Below, one piece after another: positions 1 through 10,976 of a stretch of DNA of 64,000 nt; the first letter of the stretch is position 1; the number at the start of each line of letters is the position of its first letter. Source of the stretch: an uncultured Nitrospinota bacterium (GTDB taxonomy: Bacteria > Tectomicrobia > Entotheonellia > J063 > CAVPRW01); NCBI GenBank assembly GCA_963707985.1, contig CAVPRW010000026.1, forward strand, positions 1 through 64,000, written 5' to 3'. The notes beneath the pieces were generated by a model. That model saw nothing but the letters and a program-made list of their open reading frames with translations. It was not told the origin of the DNA and made no database searches. The position numbers and the translations under genes were made by a program.

Positions 1-66
1 GAGAGGTCTTGAGTCCCCAATTCCGGGAAATAATTCGATCTGATTCGGGTCATAGCGTCGGCGCAT
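1..66 (-). CDS. N-terminus of hypothetical protein running off the window (MRRRYDPNQIELFPGIGDSRPL...)
   Basis: ATG at 66 preceded by AAAGGAG Shine-Dalgarno on the minus strand; frame open to the window edge. Confidence 0.5.
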   Translation of the reverse strand, partial: MRRRYDPNQIELFPGIGDSRPL

Positions 67-252
67 GATTGGCTCCTTTATGAGTGAAGTCGCCCCATCA
101 GTCGTGGGGCCATAACGACAGCGGTACCCTCGGGACGGGACGAGTCAGCGACGCGTGCGTCGCCACCATTAAAGCTCACGCCAGAGATAGACCGTGAAAA
201 ATCCCGGCCTTCATCGTGTGTCGGATCAGTCGCCTCCTTCCTTCTGGGGCGC

Positions 253-2178
253 TTAGCCCACCCAGCTCCGGCCGATGGTGGCCTCGACGACGATTGGCAC
301 GCGATCACCCACCAGCTCCTGCATCGCCCCGGTCATGTGCCGAACCAACCACTGCTCGGTCGCCTCGGCTGCATCCTCCGGGCATTCGGCAAGAATTTCG
401 TCATGGACGGTGGCCACCAGGCGAGCGTCGGGCACCTCATCGCGGTGCTGAAAGAGTCGGGCGAGGGCCAGCTTGAGCCCATCGGCGCCGGTCCCCTGGA
501 CGGGACTATTCAAGGCCTCGGTGAATTTGCCAACATCGAGCCGGCGCCGGCCGGCAAGGGTCCTCGTCTCGATCGTCCGTTCGCCGCGGAGCCTCGCGCT
601 CGTTTTCTGGTGCCACCGGGAGAGGCCATGATAGGCTTGAAAGAATCGCTGGCGATGGTGCATGGCCTCCGCCTCAGTCAAAGGGACGCCATACTCCAGA
701 GCGGCATAGTCCCGCAAGCCAGGAGCGCCCATCCCGTAGAGCAAACCAAAATTAACGGCCTTCGCGAGTTGGCGCTCCGCGTCGGTGACCGCCTCAATAG
801 GAATACCCAGGACTTGGGCAGCGGTGTGGCGATGCACGTCGACCCCGGCGTGAAAAGCCGAGAGCATGGCCGGATCAGGCGCGATCACGGCAGCGAGTCG
901 CAACTCGATCTGAGAATAATCCGCTTTCACGAGCCGGAATCCGTCACGGGCTTTGATGGACCCTCGGTAGCGCGGCCCTCGTGGCAGGTTTTGCACGTTG
1001 GGGCTGTGGCAACTAATCCGACCCGCCCGTCCCCCGAGTAGGAGGTAATCGGGATGGACCCGGCCCGTGACCGGATGGATATGGTCCTGGAGCCACGCAT
1101 GCCCATAGGTACTCATGCGCTTCACGGCCTCGCGATACACCAGCAGGGTGGCGATCAGCGGGTCGCGATCCTTGAGCGGCAGGAGTGTCGGCGCATTGAC
1201 TTGGGCGATCGCATGGCCGCGCGCTCGGAGCAGACGCAGGACTTGTGGGGAGCTCTGCCAATTGACGGGCTTCTCGCCAGACCGCGCCTTATCACCCACA
1301 GTCGCCTGCAGGGCCGCCAGTGCCGCCTCCGCCTGCCGGTGGTCCTCGGCGGCCTGTGCCTGCCAGTGCGGGACATCGACAGGAAGTCCTGTCCATTCCA
1401 TCCAGGCCAGTGCCCGCATGGCGTCCCCTTCGAGGGTTGCGATCCGCGCCAATCCTGCACTGCGCAAGGCTGTGTCCAGTGCATCCGCCAGCGGAAGCAG
1501 GATGGCCGCATCAATGGCGGCATAGCGTAGTTGCGCATCGCTCAAAGGGCCGCTCCAATCGCTCGTCTGGGCGGTTTTATCGAGCGCTATCCCCAGGTAG
1601 CGTTTCACCACCGCTTGAAGGCCGTTCCCTTTCAGCAAGCCTTCAGGGGTCCCAGCTCCTAAGACCTGGACGGCCAGCATGGTGTCCAGAATCTCGCCCA
1701 CGGGCCAGGGCAGTCCTGCTGCCACCAGAAATTCGAGATCGAATTTCAGATTGTGCCCGACGATGCGGTGTTCGGCGGTGAAGACTGGCGCTACCGTCTG
1801 CACCGGACACCTGCGGACATCGATCACAAAGGTGTGCTCCGGCGTCGCGACCTGGAGCAGACAGAGCATATCTCGCAGTGGGTCCAGTCCGGTGGTCTCT
1901 CCGTCCACGGCGAGGACAGGGGCCTGGCGTAAGAGTGGGATGGCAGCGTCCAACTGGGCCGATTCGGTAATGTACGTCACGGCCGCCGGTTCAAAGCTCG
2001 GCATGACCGCAACACGTGGTGTCTGAGCGCTCAACTCCTCAGGAACGGACACTAGTTGTTCAGGCGGTGGGGAACTCTGGGGCTGGTCAGGAGACGATGT
2101 CGTCAAGACTTCCTTCTCCCCCGCTTTGGGTTGATACGTTCTCCCGGCATAGCGTTGCAGCAACATAGCTAATGTCAT
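253..2178 (-). CDS. polA: Family A DNA polymerase with 3'-5' exonuclease but no 5'-3' exonuclease (mobile-element/phage-type PolA)
   Basis: ExoI LAVDGETTG, ExoII GHNLKFD, ExoIII YAAIDA; polymerase motifs A KADYSQIELR, B RQLAKAVNFGLLYG, C VHDE; N-terminal ~65 aa are a low-complexity linker. Confidence 0.93.
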   Translation of the reverse strand: MTLAMLLQRYAGRTYQPKAGEKEVLTTSSPDQPQSSPPPEQLVSVPEELSAQTPRVAVMPSFEPAAVTYITESAQLDAAIPLLRQAPVLAVDGETTGLDPLRDMLCLLQVATPEHTFVIDVRRCPVQTVAPVFTAEHRIVGHNLKFDLEFLVAAGLPWPVGEILDTMLAVQVLGAGTPEGLLKGNGLQAVVKRYLGIALDKTAQTSDWSGPLSDAQLRYAAIDAAILLPLADALDTALRSAGLARIATLEGDAMRALAWMEWTGLPVDVPHWQAQAAEDHRQAEAALAALQATVGDKARSGEKPVNWQSSPQVLRLLRARGHAIAQVNAPTLLPLKDRDPLIATLLVYREAVKRMSTYGHAWLQDHIHPVTGRVHPDYLLLGGRAGRISCHSPNVQNLPRGPRYRGSIKARDGFRLVKADYSQIELRLAAVIAPDPAMLSAFHAGVDVHRHTAAQVLGIPIEAVTDAERQLAKAVNFGLLYGMGAPGLRDYAALEYGVPLTEAEAMHHRQRFFQAYHGLSRWHQKTSARLRGERTIETRTLAGRRRLDVGKFTEALNSPVQGTGADGLKLALARLFQHRDEVPDARLVATVHDEILAECPEDAAEATEQWLVRHMTGAMQELVGDRVPIVVEATIGRSWVG

Positions 2179-2214
2179 AGGAACGTTCTCCGCTGTGTAT
2201 CAGACATTCTTCTC

Positions 2215-2452
2215 ACCCCTTTCACTGGCAGATTCGATGTGGTAACATGTCGTAAGCAAAAGCATTCTCTCGCGAATGTGAAATCGGTGAATTCACAGGC
2301 CTCCTTTCTTTCTTGCTTAAATACAAATGCTGCATGCTTTTTCACATGCAAGAGGGAGGAGTACGAATACATCGATTTCACCTTTAAGTCAGAAGCTGTT
2401 GATTCAGCAATCTTTCCTGCCAGTGAAATCCTCAGTGAAGGCGGTGAAATCA
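2215..2452. repeat. Cluster of GTGAAATC/GATTTCAC-like short repeats around an AT-rich patch; putative replication origin
   Basis: GTGAAATC at 2278, 2423 and 2444; GATTTCAC at 2374; related GTGAA/TTCAC at 2221, 2287, 2341 and 2435; 11-bp inverted pair 2220-2230/2418-2428. Confidence 0.45.
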
Positions 2453-3642
2453 GGGAGTGCTCTTGTCCTCTCCATCCTGTTCCTCGCGCTTAGGGGTGAG
2501 GGTAAACAACTTTTTGTGCCCCCCGGCCTGGCGTTCAGTCATGACGAAAAAGTCTTCCAGGTTCGACTGAAGGTGTGACATCCGTTGCGCAAATGCGCGC
2601 GGCTTCCCCTGATAGGCGAATGTGACCCCAGATGCCTCCGCCAGGTCGGCTAATTCCTTGCAGAGATCCGTATTGGTGATCTCACGGCTTGGATGCTTGG
2701 TCGCCCATTTCCAGAGGAGATCGAACAGGCTGTCGTGTTCGAGCGTGAATGAGGACTGCTCCTGATTGAGCTTGCGGAAGATCTCCTGGAGTGCGTTCTC
2801 CACTCCTGCTGCGCGGGCGACCTTCATGGCAAAGTCTGCAAAATCTGCCATCCGGAAGATCCCTAGTCATCGGCATCCCGTCCATCGCGCAGGGCACGGA
2901 CAATTTCTTGCAGGTGATGAATGACCTCCGACATGAGCCGATGGCGGTTTTGGATGACTTCCGCCAGCAGGGTTTTCTCAGACCTGAAGGTCTCGAATCG
3001 CTTCACCTTCATGATCAACAGCCGGTCCGCCACATCGTCCCGGTGAAAGTGGGGTGTGCGGGAGGTAATCGCCAGAAAGCAACGCGCTGGAATCTCCACG
3101 AGTGTATTGGTGGTGTACAGCTCCCGCTTCTTGATCACGCCTCCGGTGGCCACCGTGGCGAGCCGGTCATTCAGCCAATCACATCTGGAGTCCGCATTGT
3201 CGATGGCGACGTAGGCGGCGTTGGTCACCGCGGCGTCAAAATCCTTAGACTCGTCCGGGAGTGGCGTCACATCGAACCGTTCACCGAACAGCAGCATCCC
3301 CACTTTACGGTTGGTGATGGACTTGCCCGCGCCTTTCGGGCCAATGAAGGCCAGAATCGGCCGTGTGTGCATGATGCTCGCGAAGAACAGTCCGTAAAAC
3401 CAGAGTGTGAAGATGAGACGGCGCTCATCGGGTGTCAGCCGATCTGTCGCAAAGTTGATGTTCGACATGATGATCCTGTCCAACCAGGACTCTGAGTCGT
3501 CTAGCGCACAGAGTTGGAACGGCTCGACTTTGGAGTCGGCAACAAACAGCACTCCATCGGTGCCGTTATCGACCAGTTCGATGAGGTCAGGGGATATGCG
3601 ATAGATTTGGCGATCCTGGTTGAAGACATACACCATCACCAT
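2450..3642 (-). pseudogene. SF3/D5-like replicative helicase (primase-helicase C-terminal part), 5'-truncated and frameshifted near 2860
   Basis: Walker A GPKGAGKS, YVAIDN, KRELYT and FRMADFA motifs; ORFs 2863-3642 and 2450-2851 are in different frames; no primase domain before the IS. Confidence 0.75.
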
Positions 3643-3727
3643 AAGCTGGTCCCGGAGTTCTGGCAGGTCATTGGCACCGTCGGTCGTGAAGAGGCCGTGG
3701 CCAAAGAGCCCCGCTACGTGCTTATAG

Positions 3728-5170
3728 CCGACATTGAGCAGCCCCTAACTGGGAGAAATTTGATAAAGCCGACAGACCTCTTCCCCAAACAAGCGAAGGA
3801 TTTTCATTTGCACCTCGTTCAGCCCTTCAATGAGGTCGTGGACCTTGCCTGGCATGGTCAGGCGGACGCGATGAATCCCCTCCAGCAGTTGGAAGACCCA
3901 CCGCAAGGTCGGCCGCGCCGTCGGTTGGTGGATCTGGTTCGGCACCGTTTCCCTCTGGCGCGCCAGTTGGTGGCGCAGGCGGCGTTGCGCCACGGAATAG
4001 ACCAGCAACGCTAAGGTCATCACCATCAGCAGCCCTTGAATCCGACAGGGTTTTTTCACAAACAACGACGAGACAAAGAACAGTGGATCTTTGAGAAACC
4101 GAAAGCCTCCTTCGGCCTGGGCCTGGCCTTTGTAGGCTCGAATCACCTCGGCATCGCTCAACTGGCTCGCGTCAATCGTGGTCCCCACCACAAAGCACGC
4201 TTTGAGTTGCTTCTGCTGCCCTATCTGCTCGTCATCCGGCCGGACCTGGGCTTGAATCTGCCAGGCGATGGCCTTGATCGGCGTGGTGGGCGTCGGGCGA
4301 CCTTTACAGGCATAGCGTTTGTGGTCAATCAGGCTGTAGGTCGCCACCTGGTGATATTTCCACGCGGGGACCAGCGTGTCCAGCGCAGCTTGGGCCGCTT
4401 GGGGCGTCTCAAAGCGTTTGGCTTGCAAGTGAAAGAGTTGCTTGGCGATGGCCTCCGCTTCGCGTTGCCTCGCTTGGCTGATGGTCGCCGCGGTGCGCTG
4501 CACCGCGGCCTCCGAAGACACGACCAGCCACCGTTGGGTCATGCCGTAGTGGCTTAACTCCACCCGTTGATCACGCGTGGTGTCATCCAGCTGCGGCCAT
4601 GTGTCCCGTGGCAGCGCTTGCGTGATCACTTGGGAGACCAGTTTGAGCGTGTGCGGAATCCGCGTGATAAAGCCCAGCGCTTGGAGATTGGCGGCATTCG
4701 CTTCGTTGTAGAGTTTAGAATCCGCTACCAAGTACCGCGGCGTGGGTGAGTGCTGAAAGGTCGCGATCAGCGCCGCCGCCCGCTCCTGGAAAATCGCGGT
4801 ATCGGAGGCGTTACCATCCCAACTTTGGCTCACAAAGGGAATCCCACCATCGTGCGAGACCATCAGCTCCAAGACGGCTTGTTTCAAGTCGGGACGATGG
4901 TCTTTGGAGTACCCATGGGTGATCGTCATAGCCCGCTCGTCGCTGTCGGGGACATACTCGCCGCTCAGGGAAAAGCTCGTCGTGTCGAGATGATTGAAGC
5001 GCAAGTCAATACCTTCTTGGGCACAGACGGCCAGGGCGAGCTCACTAAACAATAGATCACAGCCATAGGCATAGACCTCATCGAGTGTGCGGCCGAGCTT
5101 AAATTGGATCGTCGGGATATGCAGGGGAAGATATATGGTTTTTCGACTTCGCGCACCTGCTCAATGTCGG
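3728..5170 (-). mobile_element. IS1634-family insertion sequence, internally deleted
   Basis: Perfect 14-bp TIRs CCGACATTGAGCAG (3728-3741) and CTGCTCAATGTCGG (5157-5170); no target duplication (TTATAG vs GCAGAA). Confidence 0.88.
3745..5103 (-). pseudogene. IS1634-family DDE transposase lacking its N-terminus
   Basis: HLDTTS, GYSKDHRPDLKQ, VADSKLY, EGGFRFLKDP motifs; recognisable homology begins abruptly at FKLGRTLDEVY about 65 bp from the element end. Confidence 0.85.
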
Positions 5171-5323
5171 GCAGAAGTGAAACGACAAGCATTTCAGGTG
5201 AGCGAGTTGCGGGTGACTTTTTACGGCATGAAGGAATTTGAAGTGCGAGACCCGGATGGCCACATCCTCTGGTTCGGGCAGGAAACTGATGACCCGCCGA
5301 CGCCCGAGAGTCCATCCGCATGA
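5171..5323 (+). pseudogene. C-terminal fragment of a VOC/glyoxalase-family protein
   Basis: TFYGMKEFEVRDPDGHILWFGQ motif directly abutting the IS end. Confidence 0.7.
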
Positions 5324-5331
5324 TGGGAACG

Positions 5332-6348
5332 TCAGAGGCCTGCCAGGCTATCGTCTGTCGTGGCATCGAGCTCCAGGAGGGCTTCGTCCTGGAGTGGTAT
5401 CTGCCCCTGGTGTAGGCGCCAATATGCGGCCGCGGCAATCATCGCCCCATTGTCGGTGCACAGTCGTGGATGCGGAATTACCAATTGCAGCCCAGCGGCA
5501 GCGCAGGCTGCATGCATCTCGCGCCGTAATTGTGAATTGGCAGCTACGCCACCACTGACCACGACGCGGCTGACCTGGCATTGGCGAGCGGCATTGAGCG
5601 TCTTTGCCACCAGAACATCCACCACCGCCTGCTGAAAACTCGCCGCCAGGTCAGCCACTTGCGACGGTGCGTGTTTCCGCACATAATGCAGGACCGCGGT
5701 TTTGATACCACTGAAGCTAAAGTCTAGGGAATCCTTCTCCAAATAGGCACGTGGAAATCGAATGGCCTGTGAGTCCCCCTCACGGGCCAGGCGATCGATC
5801 ACCGGCCCGCCAGGATAGCCAAGCCCCAATAACTTCGACACCTTGTCAAAGGCCTCACCAGCGGCATCATCACGCGTGTGTCCGAGAAGGTGATATGCAC
5901 CAGGCGCCGCACAATCGTACAGGTCCGTGTGACCGCCCGAGACCACCAGGCAGACGAACGGACACGCCAGGCCTGGGGCTTCGAGAAAGGCTGAACAAAT
6001 ATGCCCTTCGAGATGGTTCACCGGGATGAGGGGTTTGCCAGCCGCATATGCCAGCGACTTGGCAAATGATACCCCCACCAACAATGCTCCTATCAGGCCT
6101 GGACCCTGCGTCACTGCAATGGCGTCGAGGTCTGACAGCTGCAGACCTGCCTCATCGAGCGCGGACTGATAGACCGGTCCGATGGCTTCGATGTGTTTGC
6201 GACACGCCAGTTCCGGAACGACACCGCCATACCGCTGATGGACGTCGACCTGTGACGCTACGACATTGGACAGAATGGTCGTGCCGTCAGCAACCACGGC
6301 GATCGATGTGTCATCACAGCTGGTGTCGATCCCTAGAATTCGTGACAT
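5332..6348 (-). CDS. tsaD: tRNA N6-adenosine threonylcarbamoyltransferase TsaD
   Basis: LGIDTSCDDT, GGVVPELA, NHLEGH, SGGHT, DDAAGEAFDK, TDNGAMIA. Confidence 0.97.
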   Translation of the reverse strand: MSRILGIDTSCDDTSIAVVADGTTILSNVVASQVDVHQRYGGVVPELACRKHIEAIGPVYQSALDEAGLQLSDLDAIAVTQGPGLIGALLVGVSFAKSLAYAAGKPLIPVNHLEGHICSAFLEAPGLACPFVCLVVSGGHTDLYDCAAPGAYHLLGHTRDDAAGEAFDKVSKLLGLGYPGGPVIDRLAREGDSQAIRFPRAYLEKDSLDFSFSGIKTAVLHYVRKHAPSQVADLAASFQQAVVDVLVAKTLNAARQCQVSRVVVSGGVAANSQLRREMHAACAAAGLQLVIPHPRLCTDNGAMIAAAAYWRLHQGQIPLQDEALLELDATTDDSLAGL

Positions 6349-6473
6349 AATCTCTCTGTCTGGCTCGGCACCCTAAGCTTGTAGGGGCGAGGCCTGCAGG
6401 CAACCACCGATGGACCCAGTTTTCCTCTCTGGAGCTGGCTCCACCGGGGCTGCGATCATTGCGCCGTCCTCGA

Positions 6474-7868
6474 TTATTTCGAACCTGCCTGGGCGGCTTG
6501 CGTCATGGGCAAAGTTTTCTTGATGATCGTCCATCCTTTGAGAAGTTCCACGGCGCGTTGGAGCTGGAGATCCTCCTCAGGCGTCGAGCTGCGGTTCTCA
6601 GTTTCTACTGGCTGACGCTCTGGTGTGTCCTCGATCTCTTCTTTATCCAGTTTCTCTTTATCCAGTTTCTCCTTATCTTTAGCCAGTCTCTCCTTATCCA
6701 GCGCATTGGGAAGATCTTTCTCGCGGATCGTTTTGCGTGGCGTTTGTGGAGCTTCTGCTTTCTCGACTGGCTTATTCTCAACTTTGATATCCGGGGTAAT
6801 ACCCTTACCCTGAATGAGATCGCCTTTGGGGGTGTAATAGCGCGCCGTCGTCAGCCGCAGGCCCGACCCATCGCTGAGCGGGATGATGGTTTGCACGGAG
6901 CCTTTGCCAAACGTTTGGGTTCCCAGGACGATCGCTCGGCCGTGGTCCTGCAGAGCGCCGGCCACGATTTCGGAAGCGCTGGCGCTCCCGCCGTTGACCA
7001 AAATGACCAGGGGATATTCGAGATGCGGACGATCACCCTTGGAGGTAAATCGCATGTTCTGGTTGCGTACGCGGCCCTGTGTATACACGATCAATTGATC
7101 TTTGCCGACGAATTTATCCACGATTTCGACGGCTTGATTGAGCAAGCCACCGGGGTTGTTCCGGAGGTCGAGGACCAGACCGGTAATCTTTTGTTCCTCC
7201 AGCTCATGCAGGGCCTCTTCCAGCTCATCCGCCGTGGTCTTGTGAAAATTCCGCAGCCGCACATAACCGATGTCGTCGTCCAGTTTGCGCTGGGAGACAC
7301 TGCGAATTTTGATGACATCGCGGTTCATGGTAAAATCCTTCGGCGTTTCAAAATCTTCCCGCATGATGGTGACCGTCACCGGCGTGCCTTTGGGGCCCCT
7401 CATCTTGCGCACGGCGTCGAGGAGTGTGATGTCTTTCGTCAGCTCCCCATCGATTTTGAGGATGCGATCACCGGGTTTAAGGCCCGCCCGGTACGCTGGG
7501 GTATCCTCGATCGGGGACACGACCGTCAACTGATCATCCCGGATGGTGATCTCGATACCCAGTCCCCCGAACTGCCCCTCGGTTTCGACCTGCATCTCTT
7601 TATACATTTCGGGTGGCATGTAGGAGGTATGTGGATCGAGTATCTTCAACATGCCCTTGATGGCACCCTCAACGAGCTTTTTGTTTTCAATGTCCTCGAC
7701 ATAATTCGATTGCACGAGGGAGAGTACTTCGGTGAACACGCGTAGGTTCTCATAATCGTCCCCACGTGCCAGAACACGTCTGGCCATACCCGCCCCAATG
7801 AGGAAGCTGGCTGACACCAACACCAGCACAACGAGCAGAACTCGTCTACCCCCGAAGAACCTTGGCAT
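6474..7868 (-). CDS. ctpA: Carboxyl-terminal processing protease (S41A, PDZ domain)
   Basis: Signal peptide, LDPHT, GGLGI PDZ, LDLRNNPGG, SASASEI, FGKGSVQ. Confidence 0.95.
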   Translation of the reverse strand: MPRFFGGRRVLLVVLVLVSASFLIGAGMARRVLARGDDYENLRVFTEVLSLVQSNYVEDIENKKLVEGAIKGMLKILDPHTSYMPPEMYKEMQVETEGQFGGLGIEITIRDDQLTVVSPIEDTPAYRAGLKPGDRILKIDGELTKDITLLDAVRKMRGPKGTPVTVTIMREDFETPKDFTMNRDVIKIRSVSQRKLDDDIGYVRLRNFHKTTADELEEALHELEEQKITGLVLDLRNNPGGLLNQAVEIVDKFVGKDQLIVYTQGRVRNQNMRFTSKGDRPHLEYPLVILVNGGSASASEIVAGALQDHGRAIVLGTQTFGKGSVQTIIPLSDGSGLRLTTARYYTPKGDLIQGKGITPDIKVENKPVEKAEAPQTPRKTIREKDLPNALDKERLAKDKEKLDKEKLDKEEIEDTPERQPVETENRSSTPEEDLQLQRAVELLKGWTIIKKTLPMTQAAQAGSK

Positions 7869-7975
7869 GCCCTTCTCCTCTCTGGTCCTTGCAGCGAATC
7901 GACCCTCGGCCGGCTTTCCACTCTCTCGTCTTCGCCGCTTCCGCCACGCGTGCGCAGAGTCCTTCGGGGCTCAGG

Positions 7976-9318
7976 CTATGGTCGATTATTGGCAAGCCAT
8001 TCGAGCGGGTTTTCCGGTTTTCCTTGATGCCGAATTTCGAAATAGAGGGCGGGTCCATTGAGCGCTCCGCCCTCGCCAGTTTTCCCCACGACTTGATTCC
8101 GCGTCACTCGGTCGCCCACCTGCACCATCAGCTGTGAGGCTTGGGCGTATAGGGTATAATAGCTATCTCCGTGGTCGACAATCAAGAGGGTACCATAGCC
8201 CTTCAACCGATCGGCGTAGAGCACCTGCCCCGCTTCGATGACGCGAAAGTCACTCCCAGGTGAGGCACCGATGCTGATGCCTTTGTTGAAGGTATAGGTA
8301 TTGAAGGTGGGATGCTTGATCTTCCCGTAGGTCGACACTAGCTGTCCCGCGATGGGCCATGCCAGTTGTCCTCTGAGTTTCGCAAACTTGCTATCCCCAT
8401 CGAAATAGCGCTCGGGGGCGGGACGGGAGTTCCACGCGTCGGGGTCGCCCGCGCCTGCTGTTGTCGGCGACGTTCGGCTTGGGCTTGCTGCGCGAGGATA
8501 CGTTTACGCTCGCGCTCGAGTTTGGTGATGAGGGCCGTGAGGCGCTTCGATGACTCTTCGAGCTCCTGCATGGCGCTCTCGTATGCTCCTTGTTCGTCGC
8601 GGATTTTCGTCAGGAGTTGATTTTTTTTCGACTGCTCTTGCCCGATTTCTCCCTGTTTGGCAGTCACCTGTACGCGTGCCTTCTGCAACTGGTCGGCGCG
8701 CCCTTTCACGGCTCGTCGTGTACGTTCGAGGGCATCGAGATTGTGGCGTTGCTGATGCAGCAAGTCAGCATCGTATTCCACAAGCTTGACCGTGTAGCGA
8801 ACGCGCATAAAGAAATCGGTCAAGTCGGAAGCTGAGAGCAGAAACGGCAGATAGGCCGCGCGTCCCTGCTTGTAGAGGGCACGCAGGCGAGTATGCAGGT
8901 ACCCCTGGCGCGCCTGCAGTTGCAGGGTCAGCTCGTCCATCTGCTTGACGAGATCGGCATGCTTGTCTGCCTGGAGCTTAAGGTTGCGCTCATTGACCTG
9001 AAGCTCACGCCGTTTTTGTTGGAGCAAGCGGTCGCTCTCTTCAAGGGCCTGCACCACGTTGCGCTCGCGCCGCTTCGTCTGGTCCAAACGGGATTTATAC
9101 CCCTTCAGTTGATCTTTGACCTCCTTCAGCTCCTGGCGTTCTTCTTTCAGCCGTTGATCGAGCTCACCCGGTGCGGCCACGCTGTGTAGCGTCCACGCTA
9201 GGAACCACATCGGCGTCATGGCGAACAGCCCGATGACGAGCCGTAAGCCTATACCACGTCTGATCAAAGGTCGTAGCGCTTGTGGACAATGGCGGTATCG
9301 GGTCATCGTCAGGTTCAT
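7976..9318 (-). CDS. envC: Murein hydrolase activator EnvC (coiled coil + M23-like domain), frameshift near 8400
   Basis: Long coiled coil (8338-9318) continues in another frame as LRGQLAWPIAG...GYGTLLIVDHG...LYFEIR; lies after ftsX. Confidence 0.85.
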
Positions 9319-10199
9319 GCGGGTAAGGTCGTGCGTCCAAGGGAGAACAAACTCCCCAATCCTCCCAACACGGCTCCACCCAGCAGAATGCTAGCAATCA
9401 TTGCCAATGGCAGGAACTGGAGCAGGGAGACGTCGAAGAACAGCTCCCCCATCGGTGTGACCCAGCTCATCAGCATGACAAACAGACCATAGCAGAGGCC
9501 GACGGCGAGGCCTGCCCCCAGCATTCCCTGGAGTATCCCTTCGAGGAAAAAGGGAAATTTGATAAACCACAACGTCGCTCCCACCAACTGCATGATCTCG
9601 ATCTCTTCGGCACGGGAATGTAACGCCAGACGCACGGTTGTGGCGATGATGAACATCACCGCCAGAGCCATGATCCCCCCGATACCGATAACGCCGATTT
9701 CCAAGGTCCAGACGAGGGTGTGAAAGCGTTCCAGCCAGCGCTCGCCATAGTCGATCTCTTCGATCTCGGGTAGTTGCTTGTAGCGTTCGACACTCTCGCG
9801 CAAGAGCTCGGGCCGTCGAAACTCGTCGCGAATGGTCACGGTGAACGATGCCGGCAGCGGGTTGGTCTGCAATCCCTCAAGCACCCTCGCTCCCTCCCCC
9901 AGTCGCGCGCGCAGCTGCTGCATGGCCTGTTCCTTTGAGGTGTATTGGAGAGATGCCGTCTCGGGAGCCTGACTCAGGGTGAGGCGTAAGGCCTCGAGGC
10001 GTGCGGGGGTGAGAGAATCGCGCAGGTAGATCACCATATTGACCTGGCTTCCCCAATAGGCGGCGAGGTTACGAAAATTCACATAAACCAGTGCCACGCC
10101 GCTGACCAGGAGCATGCCCGTGGCAATCACGAAGATCGCCACCACATTGACACGGCGATGGCGATACAAGTTTCGTAGCGCTTCCCGAAGAAAATACAT
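9315..10199 (-). CDS. ftsX: Cell division ABC permease FtsX
   Basis: NPLPASF, EEIEIMQLVGAT, PFFLEG; 4 TM segments; follows ftsE. Confidence 0.93.
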   Translation of the reverse strand: MYFLREALRNLYRHRRVNVVAIFVIATGMLLVSGVALVYVNFRNLAAYWGSQVNMVIYLRDSLTPARLEALRLTLSQAPETASLQYTSKEQAMQQLRARLGEGARVLEGLQTNPLPASFTVTIRDEFRRPELLRESVERYKQLPEIEEIDYGERWLERFHTLVWTLEIGVIGIGGIMALAVMFIIATTVRLALHSRAEEIEIMQLVGATLWFIKFPFFLEGILQGMLGAGLAVGLCYGLFVMLMSWVTPMGELFFDVSLLQFLPLAMIASILLGGAVLGGLGSLFSLGRTTLPA

Positions 10200-10221
10200 G
10201 GAGATTCAGCACAACCCTTGC

Positions 10222-10878
10222 CTAGGTAGAGAGTAGGCGACCATGTTCGAGGGTTAAGACACGTCCTGGAGCTGAATCGACCAGTTGACGGTCATGGGTG
10301 GCGATAAACACGGTCGTACCATCGGCGTTCACTTCATGAAGCAAGGTCAGAATTTCCTGCGCCAAGACGTCGTCCAGGTTGCCCGTCGGCTCATCGGCCA
10401 GGATAAGGGCTGGTTCATTGACCAGGGCTCGCGCCAACGCCACGCGCTGCTGCTCGCCACCTGAAAGTTGCTGCGGTAGTGCATCCTGGCGATGTGAGAT
10501 GCCAACGCGCTTGAGGACGGCTGCGACTCGTCGGCGCACCTCGCGTTCGGGAACCGCCAGGACCCGTTGCGCGAAGGCGACGTTTTCAAAGGCAGTTCTG
10601 GTGGGAAGTAACTTGAAATCTTGAAACACAACACCGATTGAGCGACGAAACTCTGGGATTTGGCGCCTTGCCAAGCGTGTGACATTGCGACGATTGACGA
10701 TGATATTCCCACGTTCCGGCCGCTCCGCTGCGTATAAAAGCCTGAGCAGCGTCGTTTTCCCGGCGCCACTCGGGCCCGTGAGCACGGCGAACTCACCGGC
10801 TTCTACCCGAAAAGTGATATCCTCAAGAGCTGGGGAAGACGTCGCAAAGCTCTTAAAGACATGCAGCATTTGGATCAT
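10222..10878 (-). CDS. ftsE: Cell division ATP-binding protein FtsE
   Basis: [36 protein letters not shown]. Confidence 0.95.
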   Translation of the reverse strand: MIQMLHVFKSFATSSPALEDITFRVEAGEFAVLTGPSGAGKTTLLRLLYAAERPERGNIIVNRRNVTRLARRQIPEFRRSIGVVFQDFKLLPTRTAFENVAFAQRVLAVPEREVRRRVAAVLKRVGISHRQDALPQQLSGGEQQRVALARALVNEPALILADEPTGNLDDVLAQEILTLLHEVNADGTTVFIATHDRQLVDSAPGRVLTLEHGRLLST

Positions 10879-10976
10879 GAGGCCACAGGCGGCGTCATCG
10901 TACCGCGTCTATGAGCGTGTGCGCGGCTTACCATCATGCGGTCAACCGTGGGCTGCCCCTCCCAGCCTGTCATCGG

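Noticed and set aside
6640..6702. 15-bp tandem repeat in ctpA
   Set aside because: Encodes a low-complexity KEKLD linker; ordinary
6459..7745. Long + strand ORF (also 34490-35773, 52032-53096, 59270-60205 and similar)
   Set aside because: Antisense shadows of well-supported genes, expected in GC-rich DNA
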